From an uncultured Rhodospirillales bacterium (GTDB taxonomy: Bacteria > Pseudomonadota > Alphaproteobacteria > Acetobacterales > Acetobacteraceae): 37,894 nucleotides of DNA. A model generated the notes under the pieces. That model saw nothing but the letters and a program-made list of their open reading frames with translations, did not search any database and had not been told where the DNA came from. The stretch lies in contig CAIWAJ010000459.1 of NCBI GenBank assembly GCA_903910565.1, positions 1 through 37,894 of the forward strand, written 5' to 3'. This document shows, one piece after another, positions 1 through 9,415 of the stretch (position 1 is the stretch's first letter; each line of letters begins with the position of its first letter). Made by a program: the position numbers and the translations under genes.

Positions 1-1268
1 GGGGCCTTGGAGCGCCAGGAATGCGGGTAGGAGTGGACGAGCTTGCCGCGCGCCAGCAGCCCGCCAGCCTCGGTCAGCGCGGCGCAGACGGGGTTGGCGG
101 CCTTGTAGACGTGATGCCCGGCGAAGATCGGCACCCAGGGGTTGTAGGTGCCGTCATCGCCAACCGTCTCCGGCACCTCGATGCCATGGGCGCGGCCGAG
201 GTGGAAATCGTCCTCGCCATGGCCCGGCGCGATATGCACCAGCCCGGTGCCGGCCTCGGTGGTGACGAAATCGCCGGCAAACAGCGGCACGTCAAACTCA
301 TAGCCCTTTCCGCGCAGCGGGTGGGCGGTGACGGTGCCGGCGAGTTCCGCTCCCTTATGCACGTGCAGCACGTGGTGGGTGGCGATCCCGGTGGCCTCGC
401 AGACCTGCGGCAGCAAAGCGAGCGCGACGAGGATGCGCTCGCCGGCGCGGGCGAGCGAGCCGTCTTTCACGCTGTCCACCCGCACGACGGCGTAGTCGAT
501 CTCCTCGCCGTAGGCGATGGCGCGGTTGCCCGGCATGGTCCATGGCGTGGTGGTCCAGATCACCACCGCGGCATCGCGCAGCTCGGCGACGTTGGACGAG
601 AGGACAGGGAAGCGCACGAAGATGGTGTCGCTGGTGTGATCGTGGTACTCGATCTCGGCCTCGGCCAGCGCGGTCTTCTCCACCGGCGACCACATCACCG
701 GGCGCAGGCCGCGGAACAGGGCGCCGTTGAGGAGGAACTTGCCGATCTCGCCGGCAATCGCCGCCTCGGAGGGCAGGTCCATCGTCGCGTAGCGCTCATC
801 CCAGGCGCCGAACACGCCGAGGCGCTGGAATTCGTCGCGCTGCACGGACAGCCAATGCTGGGCATAGGCGCGGCATTCGGCGCGGAATTGCAGGATCGGC
901 ACCGCATCCTTGTCACGGCCGGATTTGCGGTATTCCTCCTCGATCTTCCATTCGATCGGCAGGCCGTGGCAGTCCCAGCCCGGGATGTAGTAGCCGTCAA
1001 AGCCCGACATCTGGCGGCCGCGGTTGATGACGTCCTTCAGCACCTTGTTCAGGGAGTGGCCGATATGGAGGTTGCCGTTGGCGTAGGGCGGGCCGTCATG
1101 CAGGATGAACTTGGTGCGGCCCTTGGAATTGGCGCGGATGCGCTCCCAGATGCCCATCTTGGCCCAGCGGGCGAGGATGGCCGGCTCCTTCTTCGGCAAA
1201 TCGCCGCGCATGGGGAATTGCGTCGCCGGCAGGAAGACGGTGTCGCGGTAGTCTCGTGTTTCGCTCAT
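1..1268 (-). CDS. ileS: Isoleucine--tRNA ligase, N-terminal part (3' end lies beyond the left window edge)
   Basis: The ORF runs off the window, so it is absent from the track. Reverse-strand translation from the ATG (complement of 1268-1266) reads MSETRDYRDTVFLPATQFPMRGDLPKKEPAILARWAKMGIWERIRANSKGRTKFILHDGPPYANGNLHIGH..., a class-I HIGH motif in a typical IleRS N-terminus. The 431-aa plus-strand ORF 21..1316 is its antisense shadow. Confidence 0.9.
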   Translation of the reverse strand, partial: MSETRDYRDTVFLPATQFPMRGDLPKKEPAILARWAKMGIWERIRANSKGRTKFILHDGPPYANGNLHIGHSLNKVLKDVINRGRQMSGFDGYYIPGWDCHGLPIEWKIEEEYRKSGRDKDAVPILQFRAECRAYAQHWLSVQRDEFQRLGVFGAWDERYATMDLPSEAAIAGEIGKFLLNGALFRGLRPVMWSPVEKTALAEAEIEYHDHTSDTIFVRFPVLSSNVAELRDAAVVIWTTTPWTMPGNRAIAYGEEIDYAVVRVDSVKDGSLARAGERILVALALLPQVCEATGIATHHVLHVHKGAELAGTVTAHPLRGKGYEFDVPLFAGDFVTTEAGTGLVHIAPGHGEDDFHLGRAHGIEVPETVGDDGTYNPWVPIFAGHHVYKAANPVCAALTEAGGLLARGKLVHSYPHSWRSKA

Positions 1269-1384
1269 GATGATCTCGTGCGGCGATCTGCCGCGTCAGG
1301 GGAAAGGCGTGCGTGATGTCCCGGCGTTCTAGCGAACCGCCGGGCGTATAATTCGCGCCTCTATAAACCCATACATGGGAATGA

Positions 1385-2332
1385 CTATGCGGAGAGCGGG
1401 GCCACGCGGTCAAGAATCCGCCGCGCCTCCTGGCAATCGGCTGCTATGCGAGCCTTGAGCTCGTCGAGGCCAGAAAATTTCTGCTCCGGGCGGAGGAAGG
1501 CGTGCAGCGCGACCGAGAGCTCCTGGCCGTAGAGATCGCCCGTGAAGTCGAACAGGTTCACCTCGAGCCGGCTCTCCGGCCCGGCATTCACCGTCGGGCG
1601 GCGGCCGATATTGGCGGCGCCGTGGACCACGCGCCCATCGGGCAGCGTCACCGTCACGGCGTAGACGCCGCGCGCGGGCTCGATATGGCGGCCAAGCGCG
1701 ATATTGGCGGTGGGGAAACCGATGGTGCGGCCACGCTTATCGCCATGCGCCACTACGCCGCGGATCGCCCAGGGGCGGCCGAGATGGGCGGCGGCGCGCT
1801 CGGGATAGCCATCCTGCAACGCGCGGCGGATGCCGGAGGAGGAAATCTGCCCGCCGGCATCGCTGAGCGGCGGCACCACGGTCAGCCCAATGCCGAGCGC
1901 CGCCGCCCGCTCGGCGAGAAAGGTGGCGTTGCCGCCGCGGCGGTGGCCGAAGGCGTAGTCTGGCCCGCACACCAGATGCCGCGCACCGAGCCCGGCATGC
2001 AGCACGTCAGTCACGAAGGCATCGGCCGACATTCGGCTAAACGCGTCGTCGAATGCCAGCTCATAGACATGCGCCACCCCGAGCGCCGCCAGCGCCGCCG
2101 CGCGTTCGGCCGAGAGCGTGAGTCGGAAGGGCGGGTCGTCCGGGCGGAACACCTCGCGGGGATGCGGCTCGAAGGTCAGCACCGCGAGCGCCGCATCCGG
2201 CCGCGCGCCATGGGCGATGCGCAGCAGATGGGCGTGGCCGGTGTGCACACCGTCGAAATTCCCCAGCGCGACCACGGCGCCGCGCGCAGTGTCCGGCAGG
2301 CCGCGCCAGTCCCGATGCAGGGCGATACTCAT
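1385..2332 (-). CDS. ribF: Bifunctional riboflavin kinase / FMN adenylyltransferase
   Basis: 315 aa. N-terminus ALGNFDGVHTGHAHLL (nucleotidyltransferase motif) and C-terminal riboflavin kinase region (GFPTANI...). Lies upstream of ileS, as in many bacteria. Confidence 0.9.
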   Translation of the reverse strand: MSIALHRDWRGLPDTARGAVVALGNFDGVHTGHAHLLRIAHGARPDAALAVLTFEPHPREVFRPDDPPFRLTLSAERAAALAALGVAHVYELAFDDAFSRMSADAFVTDVLHAGLGARHLVCGPDYAFGHRRGGNATFLAERAAALGIGLTVVPPLSDAGGQISSSGIRRALQDGYPERAAAHLGRPWAIRGVVAHGDKRGRTIGFPTANIALGRHIEPARGVYAVTVTLPDGRVVHGAANIGRRPTVNAGPESRLEVNLFDFTGDLYGQELSVALHAFLRPEQKFSGLDELKARIAADCQEARRILDRVAPLSA

Positions 2333-2336
2333 CGCG

Positions 2337-2759
2337 TCAGCTCCGGGAGGGTGGAAGCACCACCGCCTCGCCTTCGATCACCGTCTTGCCCGCCACCGTG
2401 CAGACCGTCTTCATCGTCGCCTGCCTCTTGGCGGCATCGAGCGCGGTCACCTCGCAGGTCGCGGTGACGGTGTCGCCGATCTTCACCGGGCGGCGGAAGC
2501 GCAGCGTCTGGCCCAGATAGATGGTGCCCGGCCCCGGCAGGCGCGTGCCAAGCACGGCGCTGATCAGCCCGGCCGAGAGCATGCCGTGGGCAATGCGCTC
2601 CTTGAATTGCGAGGCGGCTGCCACCTCGGCGTTGAGGTGCACGGGGTTGGTATCCATGCTGACGGCGGCGAACATCAGGATATCCGCTTCCGTGATGGTC
2701 TTGCCCATGCTGGCCGACATGCCGATCGCCAGGTCCTCGAAAAACACGCCGTCGCTCAT
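2337..2759 (-). CDS. MaoC-like (R)-specific enoyl-CoA hydratase / hot-dog fold dehydratase
   Basis: 140 aa. FAAVSMDTNPVHLNAEVAAASQFKERIAHGML is the MaoC dehydratase signature region. The stop is 4 nt before the ribF start. Confidence 0.85.
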   Translation of the reverse strand: MSDGVFFEDLAIGMSASMGKTITEADILMFAAVSMDTNPVHLNAEVAAASQFKERIAHGMLSAGLISAVLGTRLPGPGTIYLGQTLRFRRPVKIGDTVTATCEVTALDAAKRQATMKTVCTVAGKTVIEGEAVVLPPSRS

Positions 2760-2867
2760 TGTTGCCTCACTCGCCGTCGTCGCTGCTATCTGGACCGGCC
2801 GCCTCGGTTGGACAAGCCCGCCGCCGGATGCTTAGGTCCGCTCAACATTTCCCCGGGGAACCCAACC

Positions 2868-3629
2868 ATGTCCGATACCGCCGCCCAGGCCGCCGCCCTC
2901 CTGCTCGCCGCGCGCCGCGATCCCGCAAAGCGCCTCGCCGACCTGCCGGGTGCGGTGAAGCCGGCTGACCGTGCCGCGGCCTATGCGATCCAGCACAAGG
3001 TGGCCGCCGAGCTTGGCGCGATCGGCGGCTGGAAGGTCTCGCCCTTCGGAACTGACGGTTCTGCCCCGATGTGCGGCCCGCTGCCGGCCAGCGGCATCGA
3101 AGCGGCGCCGGCCACGCTGCGGCCGGGCAAGCAGGCGATCCGCGCCATCGAGGCCGAGCTCTGCGCGCGCATCGGCAAGGACCTGCCGCCCCGCGCCACC
3201 CCCTATACCCGTGCGGAAATCATCGCCTGCATCACCGCCATCCACCCGGTGATGGAAGCCTGCGAATCCCGCTACATCGAGCCCAAGGCCGTCGATATCT
3301 TCAGCAACATCGCCGACACCCAGTCCCATGGCGGGCTGATCTACGGGCCGGGGCGGACGGATTGGCAGGTGATCGATCTCGCCGCCGTCAGCATGGAACA
3401 GCATGTCGACGGCGCGCTTGATGCCAGCCGCACCGGGCACCCCGCCGGGGATTTGGTGGCGCAGGTGCAGTGGATGGCCAATGAGGGCGCGGTGTGGGCC
3501 GGCGGGCTCAAGGCCGGGCAGTTCGTCACCTGCGGCTCGTGGTCCGGCGCCAATCGAGTGGGCCCGACCGCGAAGGTGCGCATCCGTTTCTCCGGATTCG
3601 AGGACGTCGCGGTCGACTACGCGGAATAA
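2868..3629 (+). CDS. 2-keto-4-pentenoate hydratase-like protein (fumarylacetoacetase-fold hydratase/decarboxylase family)
   Basis: Internal ATG of track ORF 2118..3629; the upstream part overlaps the MaoC gene antisense. AAYAIQHKV...GGWKVS...ADTQSHGGLIYGPG...LKAGQFVTCGSWSG matches the MhpD/HpcG-type pattern. Confidence 0.65.
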   Translation: MSDTAAQAAALLLAARRDPAKRLADLPGAVKPADRAAAYAIQHKVAAELGAIGGWKVSPFGTDGSAPMCGPLPASGIEAAPATLRPGKQAIRAIEAELCARIGKDLPPRATPYTRAEIIACITAIHPVMEACESRYIEPKAVDIFSNIADTQSHGGLIYGPGRTDWQVIDLAAVSMEQHVDGALDASRTGHPAGDLVAQVQWMANEGAVWAGGLKAGQFVTCGSWSGANRVGPTAKVRIRFSGFEDVAVDYAE

Positions 3630-3669
3630 GCCCGCCTCTTTCGGCCGCTCATTAAACTGATGCGGATTT

Positions 3670-3711
3670 GGGGGCTCCAGCCCCCAGCGGGGTCAAGGGG
3701 CAGCGCCCCTT
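3670..3711. terminator. Two adjacent GC-rich hairpins in a convergent spacer (possible bidirectional terminator or REP-like unit)
   Basis: GGGGG-CTCCAG-CCCCC (3670-3685) and AAGGGG-CAGCG-CCCCTT (3695-3711). They lie between the stop of the hydratase gene (3629) and the stop of engB (3740). No clear U-tract. Confidence 0.4.
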
Positions 3712-3739
3712 GCCTAACTTTATGATAGGCCCCCCCGGC

Positions 3740-4402
3740 CTACGCAGCCGCGAGTGCAGCCAGTTCGGCGCGGAGTTCGGGGATGCCGAGACCGGTTTCG
3801 CTGGAGGTGGTGACAATTTCCATCATCGCCGCCGGGTGTTTACGAGCCAATGCACCGGCTTCTTCCTGCTTGGCCCGCAGCACGGAGGGCCTGGCGCCAT
3901 CGGCCTTGGTGAGCACGACGAGGTAGGGCACGGCCGCCTTGTCGAACAGGTCCATCACCGCGAGATCGCTCTCCTTCACCTCGATGCGGGCATCGAGCAG
4001 CAGGATGACGCGCTGGAGGGTGGGGCGGCCGCGCAGGTATTGGAACATCAGCCCCTGCCAGTCCTCCTTCACGGATTTGGCGGCCTGGGCGTAGCCGTAG
4101 CCGGGCATGTCGACCAGCACGAGGCGGTTGCCGAGATCGAAGAAATTGAGCTGCTTGGTACGCCCCGGCGTCGAGGAGGTGCGCGCCAGCGTGTTCCGCC
4201 CAGTCAACGCGTTGACCAGCGAAGACTTGCCGACATTGGAACGCCCGGCGAAGGCGATCTCCGGCTTGCCCGGCGGGGGCAGCTGGTCGAGTCGCTGGGC
4301 GGCGAAGAAGAAATTGCATTCGGACGCGAACAGCAGCCGCCCCGCCTCGAGGGCGGCGAGGCGGGCGGCTTCGGGGTCGAACTCTTCCTGCGGGTCCAGC
4401 AC
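3740..4402 (-). CDS. engB: Ribosome biogenesis GTP-binding protein YihA/YsxC
   Basis: 220 aa with a GTG start. G1 motif GRSNVGKSSL, then TPGRTK and DMPGYGY. The start is 1 nt after the yidC stop. Confidence 0.9.
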   Translation of the reverse strand: MLDPQEEFDPEAARLAALEAGRLLFASECNFFFAAQRLDQLPPPGKPEIAFAGRSNVGKSSLVNALTGRNTLARTSSTPGRTKQLNFFDLGNRLVLVDMPGYGYAQAAKSVKEDWQGLMFQYLRGRPTLQRVILLLDARIEVKESDLAVMDLFDKAAVPYLVVLTKADGARPSVLRAKQEEAGALARKHPAAMMEIVTTSSETGLGIPELRAELAALAAA

Positions 4403-4403
4403 G

Positions 4404-6158
4404 TCAGGCCTTTGCCGGCTTGGCCCGCTTCGCCTGGCTCATGATGTAGGACTGCTGAGCGATGGTCAGCAGGTTGTTCCAGCTCCAGTAGATCACGAGC
4501 CCGGCCGGGAAGCTGCCCATCATGAAGGTGAACAGGATCGGCATGTACTGGAACAGCTTGGCCTGCACCGGATCGGGCGGCGGCGGGTTGAGCCGCTGTT
4601 GGAAATACATGGTGAAGCCCATCAGCACCGGCCAGACGCCGAGATGCAGCATGGAGCCGAACATTGGCAGCGTCGTCGGGTCGAAGGGGATCAGGCCGAA
4701 CAGGTTGAAGATGTTGGTGGGATCAACCGAGGAAAGGTCCCTGATCCAGCCGAAGAACGGCGCGTGGCGCATCTCGATGGTGACGAAGATCACCTTGTAG
4801 AGGCTGAAGAACACGGGGATCTGGATGAAGATGGGCAGGCAACCGGAGGCCGGGTTGACCTTCTCGGTGCGGTAGAGCTCCATCATCTTCTTCTGGAGTT
4901 CCTGCTGGTTGTCCTTGTACTGCTCCCGCAGGATGGTCATCTTCGGGCCAAGTTCCTTCATCTTGGCCATGGAGCGGTAGGACTTGTTGGCCAGCGGGAA
5001 GAACAGGCCCTTGATCAGCGTCGTGAAGATCAGGATCGCCACGCCGAAATTGCCGACCTGGCCGTAGATCCAGTCGATCGCGTAGAAGAAAGGCTTGGTG
5101 AGGAAGTAGAACCAGCCGAAATCCACCGCCTTGTCGAAATTGACGATGCCGTCGACCTTCTCGTAGGTGTCGAGCAGGTGAACTTCCTTGGCACCGGCGA
5201 ATAGCCGGGCGGTGGTGGACACGGTGGCGTCCGCGGCAATCGCGATGGGGTCGACGGCGAGGAAATCGACCTGGTAGCCGCCGGCGCCGCCGGCGACGTA
5301 GCGGAAGGCAAGATCCTGCTTGACGGCTTTATCGGGTATCAGCGCGGTCAGCCAGTACTTGTCGGTGATCCCGGCCCAGCCGCTCACGCCCTTCAGGCCG
5401 AGAGCCAGGCCGGCGGCCTTCTCCCCCTTTTCCTTCACCTTGGCATAGGTCAGATCATCGTCATGCAGCTTGCCGTCGAGCACGCCGAGCATGCCCTCGT
5501 GCAGCACATAGTAGCCGGCGGTCTTGGGCGTGTAGTCGCGGCGGACCCGCGACCAGGGGAACAGCGAGATCGGTTTGCCACTGGCGTTGCGCACGCGCTG
5601 CTCGACGGCAAACATGTAGTTGGCATCGACGGTGAAGACGAGTTCGAACGTCAATCCCGCCTTGTTGTCCCATGAGAGCGTGAGCTTCTGGCCTTGCGCC
5701 AGGTCACCGGTGGAGGACCAAAGTGTGTCCTCATCTGGTACGGCAATGCCGCTGCCCTCGGGCGCGGTCCAGCCAAACTGCACGAAGGTCGGCTCGGCGG
5801 CACCACGGGGTTCCAGAAGGCGGACCTGCGGAGATTTGGGTTCGATCGTATCGCGGTAGTCGCGCAGCACCAGATCATCAAGCCGGGCGCCGAGCAGGCT
5901 GATGCTGCCTTGCAGGCGGGGGGCGCTGAAGGTCACTCGCGGAACTTCGCGGGGCGTTGCAGCGGGGGTGGGGGTGATGGCGTTACCCGGCACGCCTGCG
6001 GCGGTGGCGGGCGCGGCTGGTGCGGCAGTGCCGGCGGCCGGCGCGGTGGCAGCCGTGGGCGCCACCACAGGCTTGGGGGGTGGCGGCATCAGAAACTGGA
6101 AGCCGAGGAGGATCGCGATCGAAATGGCGATCGCGAGGAACAGGCGTTTTTGATCCAT
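4404..6158 (-). CDS. yidC: Membrane protein insertase YidC
   Basis: 584 aa. N-terminal TM segment, a large periplasmic domain, and a C-terminal 60-kDa inner-membrane insertase core (GCLPIFIQIPVFFSLY...). Confidence 0.95.
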   Translation of the reverse strand: MDQKRLFLAIAISIAILLGFQFLMPPPPKPVVAPTAATAPAAGTAAPAAPATAAGVPGNAITPTPAATPREVPRVTFSAPRLQGSISLLGARLDDLVLRDYRDTIEPKSPQVRLLEPRGAAEPTFVQFGWTAPEGSGIAVPDEDTLWSSTGDLAQGQKLTLSWDNKAGLTFELVFTVDANYMFAVEQRVRNASGKPISLFPWSRVRRDYTPKTAGYYVLHEGMLGVLDGKLHDDDLTYAKVKEKGEKAAGLALGLKGVSGWAGITDKYWLTALIPDKAVKQDLAFRYVAGGAGGYQVDFLAVDPIAIAADATVSTTARLFAGAKEVHLLDTYEKVDGIVNFDKAVDFGWFYFLTKPFFYAIDWIYGQVGNFGVAILIFTTLIKGLFFPLANKSYRSMAKMKELGPKMTILREQYKDNQQELQKKMMELYRTEKVNPASGCLPIFIQIPVFFSLYKVIFVTIEMRHAPFFGWIRDLSSVDPTNIFNLFGLIPFDPTTLPMFGSMLHLGVWPVLMGFTMYFQQRLNPPPPDPVQAKLFQYMPILFTFMMGSFPAGLVIYWSWNNLLTIAQQSYIMSQAKRAKPAKA

Positions 6159-6422
6159 CTAGAGTGCCGTCCGTTCCTGCTGGGATGGGGAGAGCGGGGC
6201 CACCGGGTCGTAGCCGCCGGGATGCCAGGGATTGCAGCGCAGAATGCGCCGCGCGGCCATGGCCGCGCCGCGCAGTGCGCCGTGCGTGTGGAGCGCCTCG
6301 ATGGCGTAGTGGCTGCAGCTCGGTTCGAAGCGGCATTGTGCGCCGATCACGCCGCGCAGCGTGAGTTGATAGGCCCGCACAGTACCGGCCAGCACGGTGG
6401 CGGGGATCTCGCTAACCCGCAT
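6159..6422 (-). CDS. yidD: Membrane protein insertion efficiency factor YidD
   Basis: YQLTL...[17 protein letters not shown]...G...[17 protein letters not shown] is the YidD signature. Start chosen at the internal ATG 6422 (MRVSEIP...); the track ORF extends to 6473. The stop abuts the yidC ATG (TAGATG). Confidence 0.8.
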   Translation of the reverse strand: MRVSEIPATVLAGTVRAYQLTLRGVIGAQCRFEPSCSHYAIEALHTHGALRGAAMAARRILRCNPWHPGGYDPVAPLSPSQQERTAL

Positions 6423-6765
6423 GCGAGACACCGGTCTTGCGCAAGGCGCGGCGGAGATCGTCCTGGAGGTCAAGGAAATTGCGCTTGCGGGTGCTGTCGC
6501 GCCCGATGATCACGATGTCGGCGCCGGCAATCGGCTCCGCGCGCAACAAAAGGCGCGCAGCCTCCTTGAGGCGGCGGCGGGTGCGGTTGCGCACCACGGC
6601 GTTGCCGACCTTCTTGGTCACCGTGAATCCGATGCGGGCGGGCGCGCCATCGTCACGGGCGAGGGCCTGGAGCACGAGACCGTGCACCGGAGCCTTGCGT
6701 CCCTTGGAGGCGACGCGGAGGAATTCGGCGCGGCGCTTCAGGCGGCCCGGCGGTGCGGGCGCCAT
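6412..6765 (-). CDS. rnpA: Ribonuclease P protein component
   Basis: 117 aa from internal ATG 6765 ([18 protein letters not shown]...[24 protein letters not shown]). Lies between rpmH and yidD as in the canonical operon. The longer track ORF would overlap rpmH. Confidence 0.8.
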   Translation of the reverse strand: MAPAPPGRLKRRAEFLRVASKGRKAPVHGLVLQALARDDGAPARIGFTVTKKVGNAVVRNRTRRRLKEAARLLLRAEPIAGADIVIIGRDSTRKRNFLDLQDDLRRALRKTGVSHAG

Positions 6766-6784
6766 GACATCACGCTCCCGGGAA

Positions 6785-6919
6785 TCAAGCAGAGAGGCGC
6801 TTGCGGCCCTTGGCGCGGCGATTGGCCAGCACCTTGCGGCCACCAACAGTTTCCATGCGGCTACGGAAGCCGTGGCGGCGCTTGCGAACGAGCTTCGAGG
6901 GTTGATAGGTGCGCTTCAC
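6785..6919 (-). CDS. rpmH: 50S ribosomal protein L34
   Basis: GTG start at 6919 gives (M)[43 protein letters not shown], 44 aa, near-invariant L34. GGAGAG lies upstream. Confidence 0.9.
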   Translation of the reverse strand: MKRTYQPSKLVRKRRHGFRSRMETVGGRKVLANRRAKGRKRLSA

Positions 6920-7077
6920 GACACTCTCCGGGCTGACATGGGTCGCGCGCTCCTGAACAAGCGCACGCGGGGCCCGATCACCGGGTCCCGTTGCAGGCGG
7001 CGGCTTATAGGGGTGTGGAGGCTCTGCCGTCAACCTTGGCCTGTGTCGCTGGGCGCAACCCTGCTAAAACCAACCGC

Positions 7078-7779
7078 ATGCGCATCCTCCTCCGTTTCTG
7101 GCCACTCCTGCCGATCATCGCTGTGCTGGCCCTCGGCTATGCTTTCGGGCTGCAGAACGAGCTGAACTGGGCCTCCCTCGCCGCGCATGAGGCGGCACTT
7201 CGCGCCAGCATCGCGGCCAATCCGGCGGCTGCGGCGGTCTGCTTTGTCGCCCTCTATGCCGCGGCGGTCGCGGTGTCCTTTCCCGGTGCGGTGGTGTTGA
7301 CCGTGGCGAGCGGCTTGCTATTCGGGTGGTGGCTCGGGGCGATCCTGACGGTGACCGGGGCGACCACCGGATCCGTATTGATCTTCACCGCCGCACGCAC
7401 CGCCCTCGCCCCGATGCTGGCTGCCCGCGCCGGGCCCTTCATCGAGCGCTTTCGCGGCGGGCTGCAACGCAACGCCTTCTCCTATATCCTGGCAATGCGG
7501 CTGATCCCGGTGATCCCGTTCTGGCTGGTGAATCTTGCACCGGCCTTGCTTGGCGTGCGCCTCGCCCCATTCGCTCTTGCAACCGCCATCGGCATCATTC
7601 CCGCCATCACCGTCTACGCCTCGCTCGGTGCCGGCATCGGCGGCGTGCTCGCGGCCGGCGGGCGGCCGGATCTCGCGGTGATCTTCACGCCGGGCGTGCT
7701 GCTGCCGTTGCTGGGCCTCGCGATGCTGGCGCTGTTGCCGGTCGGTTGGCGGGCATGGAAAGGAGGGATCGCGATATGA
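7078..7779 (+). CDS. TVP38/TMEM64 (DedA-related) family membrane protein
   Basis: 233 aa from ATG 7078 (MRILLRFWPLLPII...). Multi-TM, with the RLIPVIPFWLVNLAPALLGV motif of the SNARE-associated/TVP38 family. Confidence 0.8.
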   Translation: MRILLRFWPLLPIIAVLALGYAFGLQNELNWASLAAHEAALRASIAANPAAAAVCFVALYAAAVAVSFPGAVVLTVASGLLFGWWLGAILTVTGATTGSVLIFTAARTALAPMLAARAGPFIERFRGGLQRNAFSYILAMRLIPVIPFWLVNLAPALLGVRLAPFALATAIGIIPAITVYASLGAGIGGVLAAGGRPDLAVIFTPGVLLPLLGLAMLALLPVGWRAWKGGIAI

Positions 7780-7797
7780 AGCGCGGTGATGCAGGAC

Positions 7798-7927
7798 GAA
7801 AGCGCTTCTTGTTAAAAAAAGAAACTAAAAATTTTCATCCGTTTGCTTCGCCCTATCCCGGGAGAGCGGGATGCCAAACGAATGAAAGTTTTTTCGTTCT
7901 TTTTTTCAAAAAAGAACCGCTTTTTTC
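7798..7927. repeat. AT-rich nested-palindrome element, copy 1 (full)
   Basis: Left arm GAAAGCGCTTCTTGTTAAAAAAAGAAACTAAAAATTTTCATCCGTTTGC. Centre with ATCCCG-GGAGAG-CGGGAT. Right arm GCCAAACGAATGAAAGTTTTTTCGTTCTTTTTTTCAAAAAAGAACCGCTTTTTTC. The arms are reverse complements of each other and of the other copies. Confidence 0.9.
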
Positions 7928-7936
7928 GGCACTCGC

Positions 7937-9352
7937 ATGAGACCCGACTACGACATCGCCGTGATTGGCGCCGGCGCCGCCGGGCTTTCGGTCGCCAACG
8001 TCGCCGCCCAGCTTGGTCTGCGCACCGCGCTGATCGAGCGCGGCGCCATGGGTGGTGACTGCCTCAACACCGGTTGCGTGCCGAGCAAGGCCCTGCTCGC
8101 CGCCGCTCATTCCGTGCAGGACGCCCGCGATGCGATCCGCTTCGGCATCACGGCAACGCCCGTGGTCGACTGGGCTGCGGTGTGGGCGCATGTCCATGGG
8201 GTGATCGCCACGATCGCGCCGGCCGACAGTGTTGAGCGCTATGCTGGCTTGGGCGCCGAGGTTATCCAGGGCAGCGCCCGTTTTGCCGCACCGGACGCGC
8301 TGGAGGTGGCAGGGCGGCGGTTCACCGCGCGGCGGATCGTGATCGCCGCCGGTGCGCGTGCCGCTATTCCGCCGATCCCCGGCCTCGACACCGTGCCGTT
8401 TCTCACCAACGAGACCCTGTGGGCGCTCGCCGAGCAGCCCGCGCATCTGCTGGTGCTCGGCGGCGGGCCGATCGGGTTAGAGATGGCGCAGGCGTTTGCC
8501 CTGCTTGGCAGTCGCGTGACCGTCATCGAGGCCACCCGCATCGCTAGTCGCGACGAGCCGGAGTTCGCCGACGGGCTGCGCGCGGCGCTGACCCGTGATG
8601 GCGTGACCATCATCGAGGGCCAGGCGGTGACCGCGGTAGCCGGGGGGCCGGAGGTGGTACTGGCCGACGGTCAGCGGATCACTGGCAGCCATCTGCTGGT
8701 CGCGACGGGGCGGCGGCCCAATATTGAGACCCTCGGCCTCGACGCCGGCGGTGTGCTCGCCTCGCCACGCGGCGTGGTGACGGATGCGGGGCTACGAAGC
8801 ACCACCAACCGGCGCGTATTCGCCGCCGGCGACATTGCCGACCCCGTTGGGATCGGGCCACGGGCCTTCACCCATGTATGCAGCTATCACGCGGGGATTG
8901 TGATCCGCCGCGCGATCTTCCGCCTGCCCGCCAGGCTCGACTACGCCGCCCTGCCGCGCGTCACCTTCACTGCACCAGAGCTCGCCCAGGTTGGCCTAAC
9001 CGAGGCCGAGGCGCGTTCGGCTGGCCATGATGTGCAGGTTTTGACCTGGCCGCTGCACGAGAATGACCGCGCCCAGGCCGAGCGCCGCACAGATGGGCTG
9101 GCGAAGCTCATCGTCACCCGGAGCGGCATGATCCTTGGCGCTGGAATTCTGGCGCCGCATGCCGGCGAGATGATCGGCACATTTACGCTGGCGATTGCCC
9201 GCAACATCCCGCTCTCGGCGATCGCCGGGATGATCGTGCCCTACCCCACGCTTGCGGAGGCGCCGAAGCGCGCGGCCGGGATGTTTTTCACCCCCAAGCT
9301 GTTTGCGGCGCGAACGCGGTGGCTGGTCGGCCTCCTTGCGAGGTTGCCTTGA
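7937..9352 (+). CDS. FAD-dependent pyridine nucleotide-disulfide oxidoreductase (dihydrolipoyl dehydrogenase / mercuric reductase-like family)
   Basis: 471 aa. GAGAAG FAD motif and redox-active CLNTGCVPSKAL. No NmerA domain or C-terminal Cys pair, so it is not a bona fide MerA. Confidence 0.85.
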   Translation: MRPDYDIAVIGAGAAGLSVANVAAQLGLRTALIERGAMGGDCLNTGCVPSKALLAAAHSVQDARDAIRFGITATPVVDWAAVWAHVHGVIATIAPADSVERYAGLGAEVIQGSARFAAPDALEVAGRRFTARRIVIAAGARAAIPPIPGLDTVPFLTNETLWALAEQPAHLLVLGGGPIGLEMAQAFALLGSRVTVIEATRIASRDEPEFADGLRAALTRDGVTIIEGQAVTAVAGGPEVVLADGQRITGSHLLVATGRRPNIETLGLDAGGVLASPRGVVTDAGLRSTTNRRVFAAGDIADPVGIGPRAFTHVCSYHAGIVIRRAIFRLPARLDYAALPRVTFTAPELAQVGLTEAEARSAGHDVQVLTWPLHENDRAQAERRTDGLAKLIVTRSGMILGAGILAPHAGEMIGTFTLAIARNIPLSAIAGMIVPYPTLAEAPKRAAGMFFTPKLFAARTRWLVGLLARLP

Positions 9353-9415
9353 GGCAGGCGGCCTGACAATGATCCGGTAGGTGCGACATGAACCCGATAG
9401 ACGAGGCTCGACGCC

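Noticed and set aside
21-1316. 431-aa plus-strand ORF (MRVGVDELAARQQ...)
   Set aside because: It is the antisense shadow of ileS. The opposite strand gives a clean IleRS N-terminus with the HIGH motif, whereas this ORF has the Arg/Gly/Ala-rich composition typical of wrong-frame high-GC translation.
1300-1384. Hairpin CCCGGCG-N11-CGCCGGG between ribF and ileS as a terminator or attenuator
   Set aside because: There is no U-tract, and ribF-ileS are commonly co-transcribed. The evidence is insufficient to call a feature.
6920-7077. rpmH-proximal spacer as the origin (dnaA-rpmH type arrangement)
   Set aside because: No dnaA gene is adjacent. I found only one weak TGTGGAGG-like fragment and no AT-rich tract. 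The hemE/DUF299 spacer fits alphaproteobacterial precedent better.
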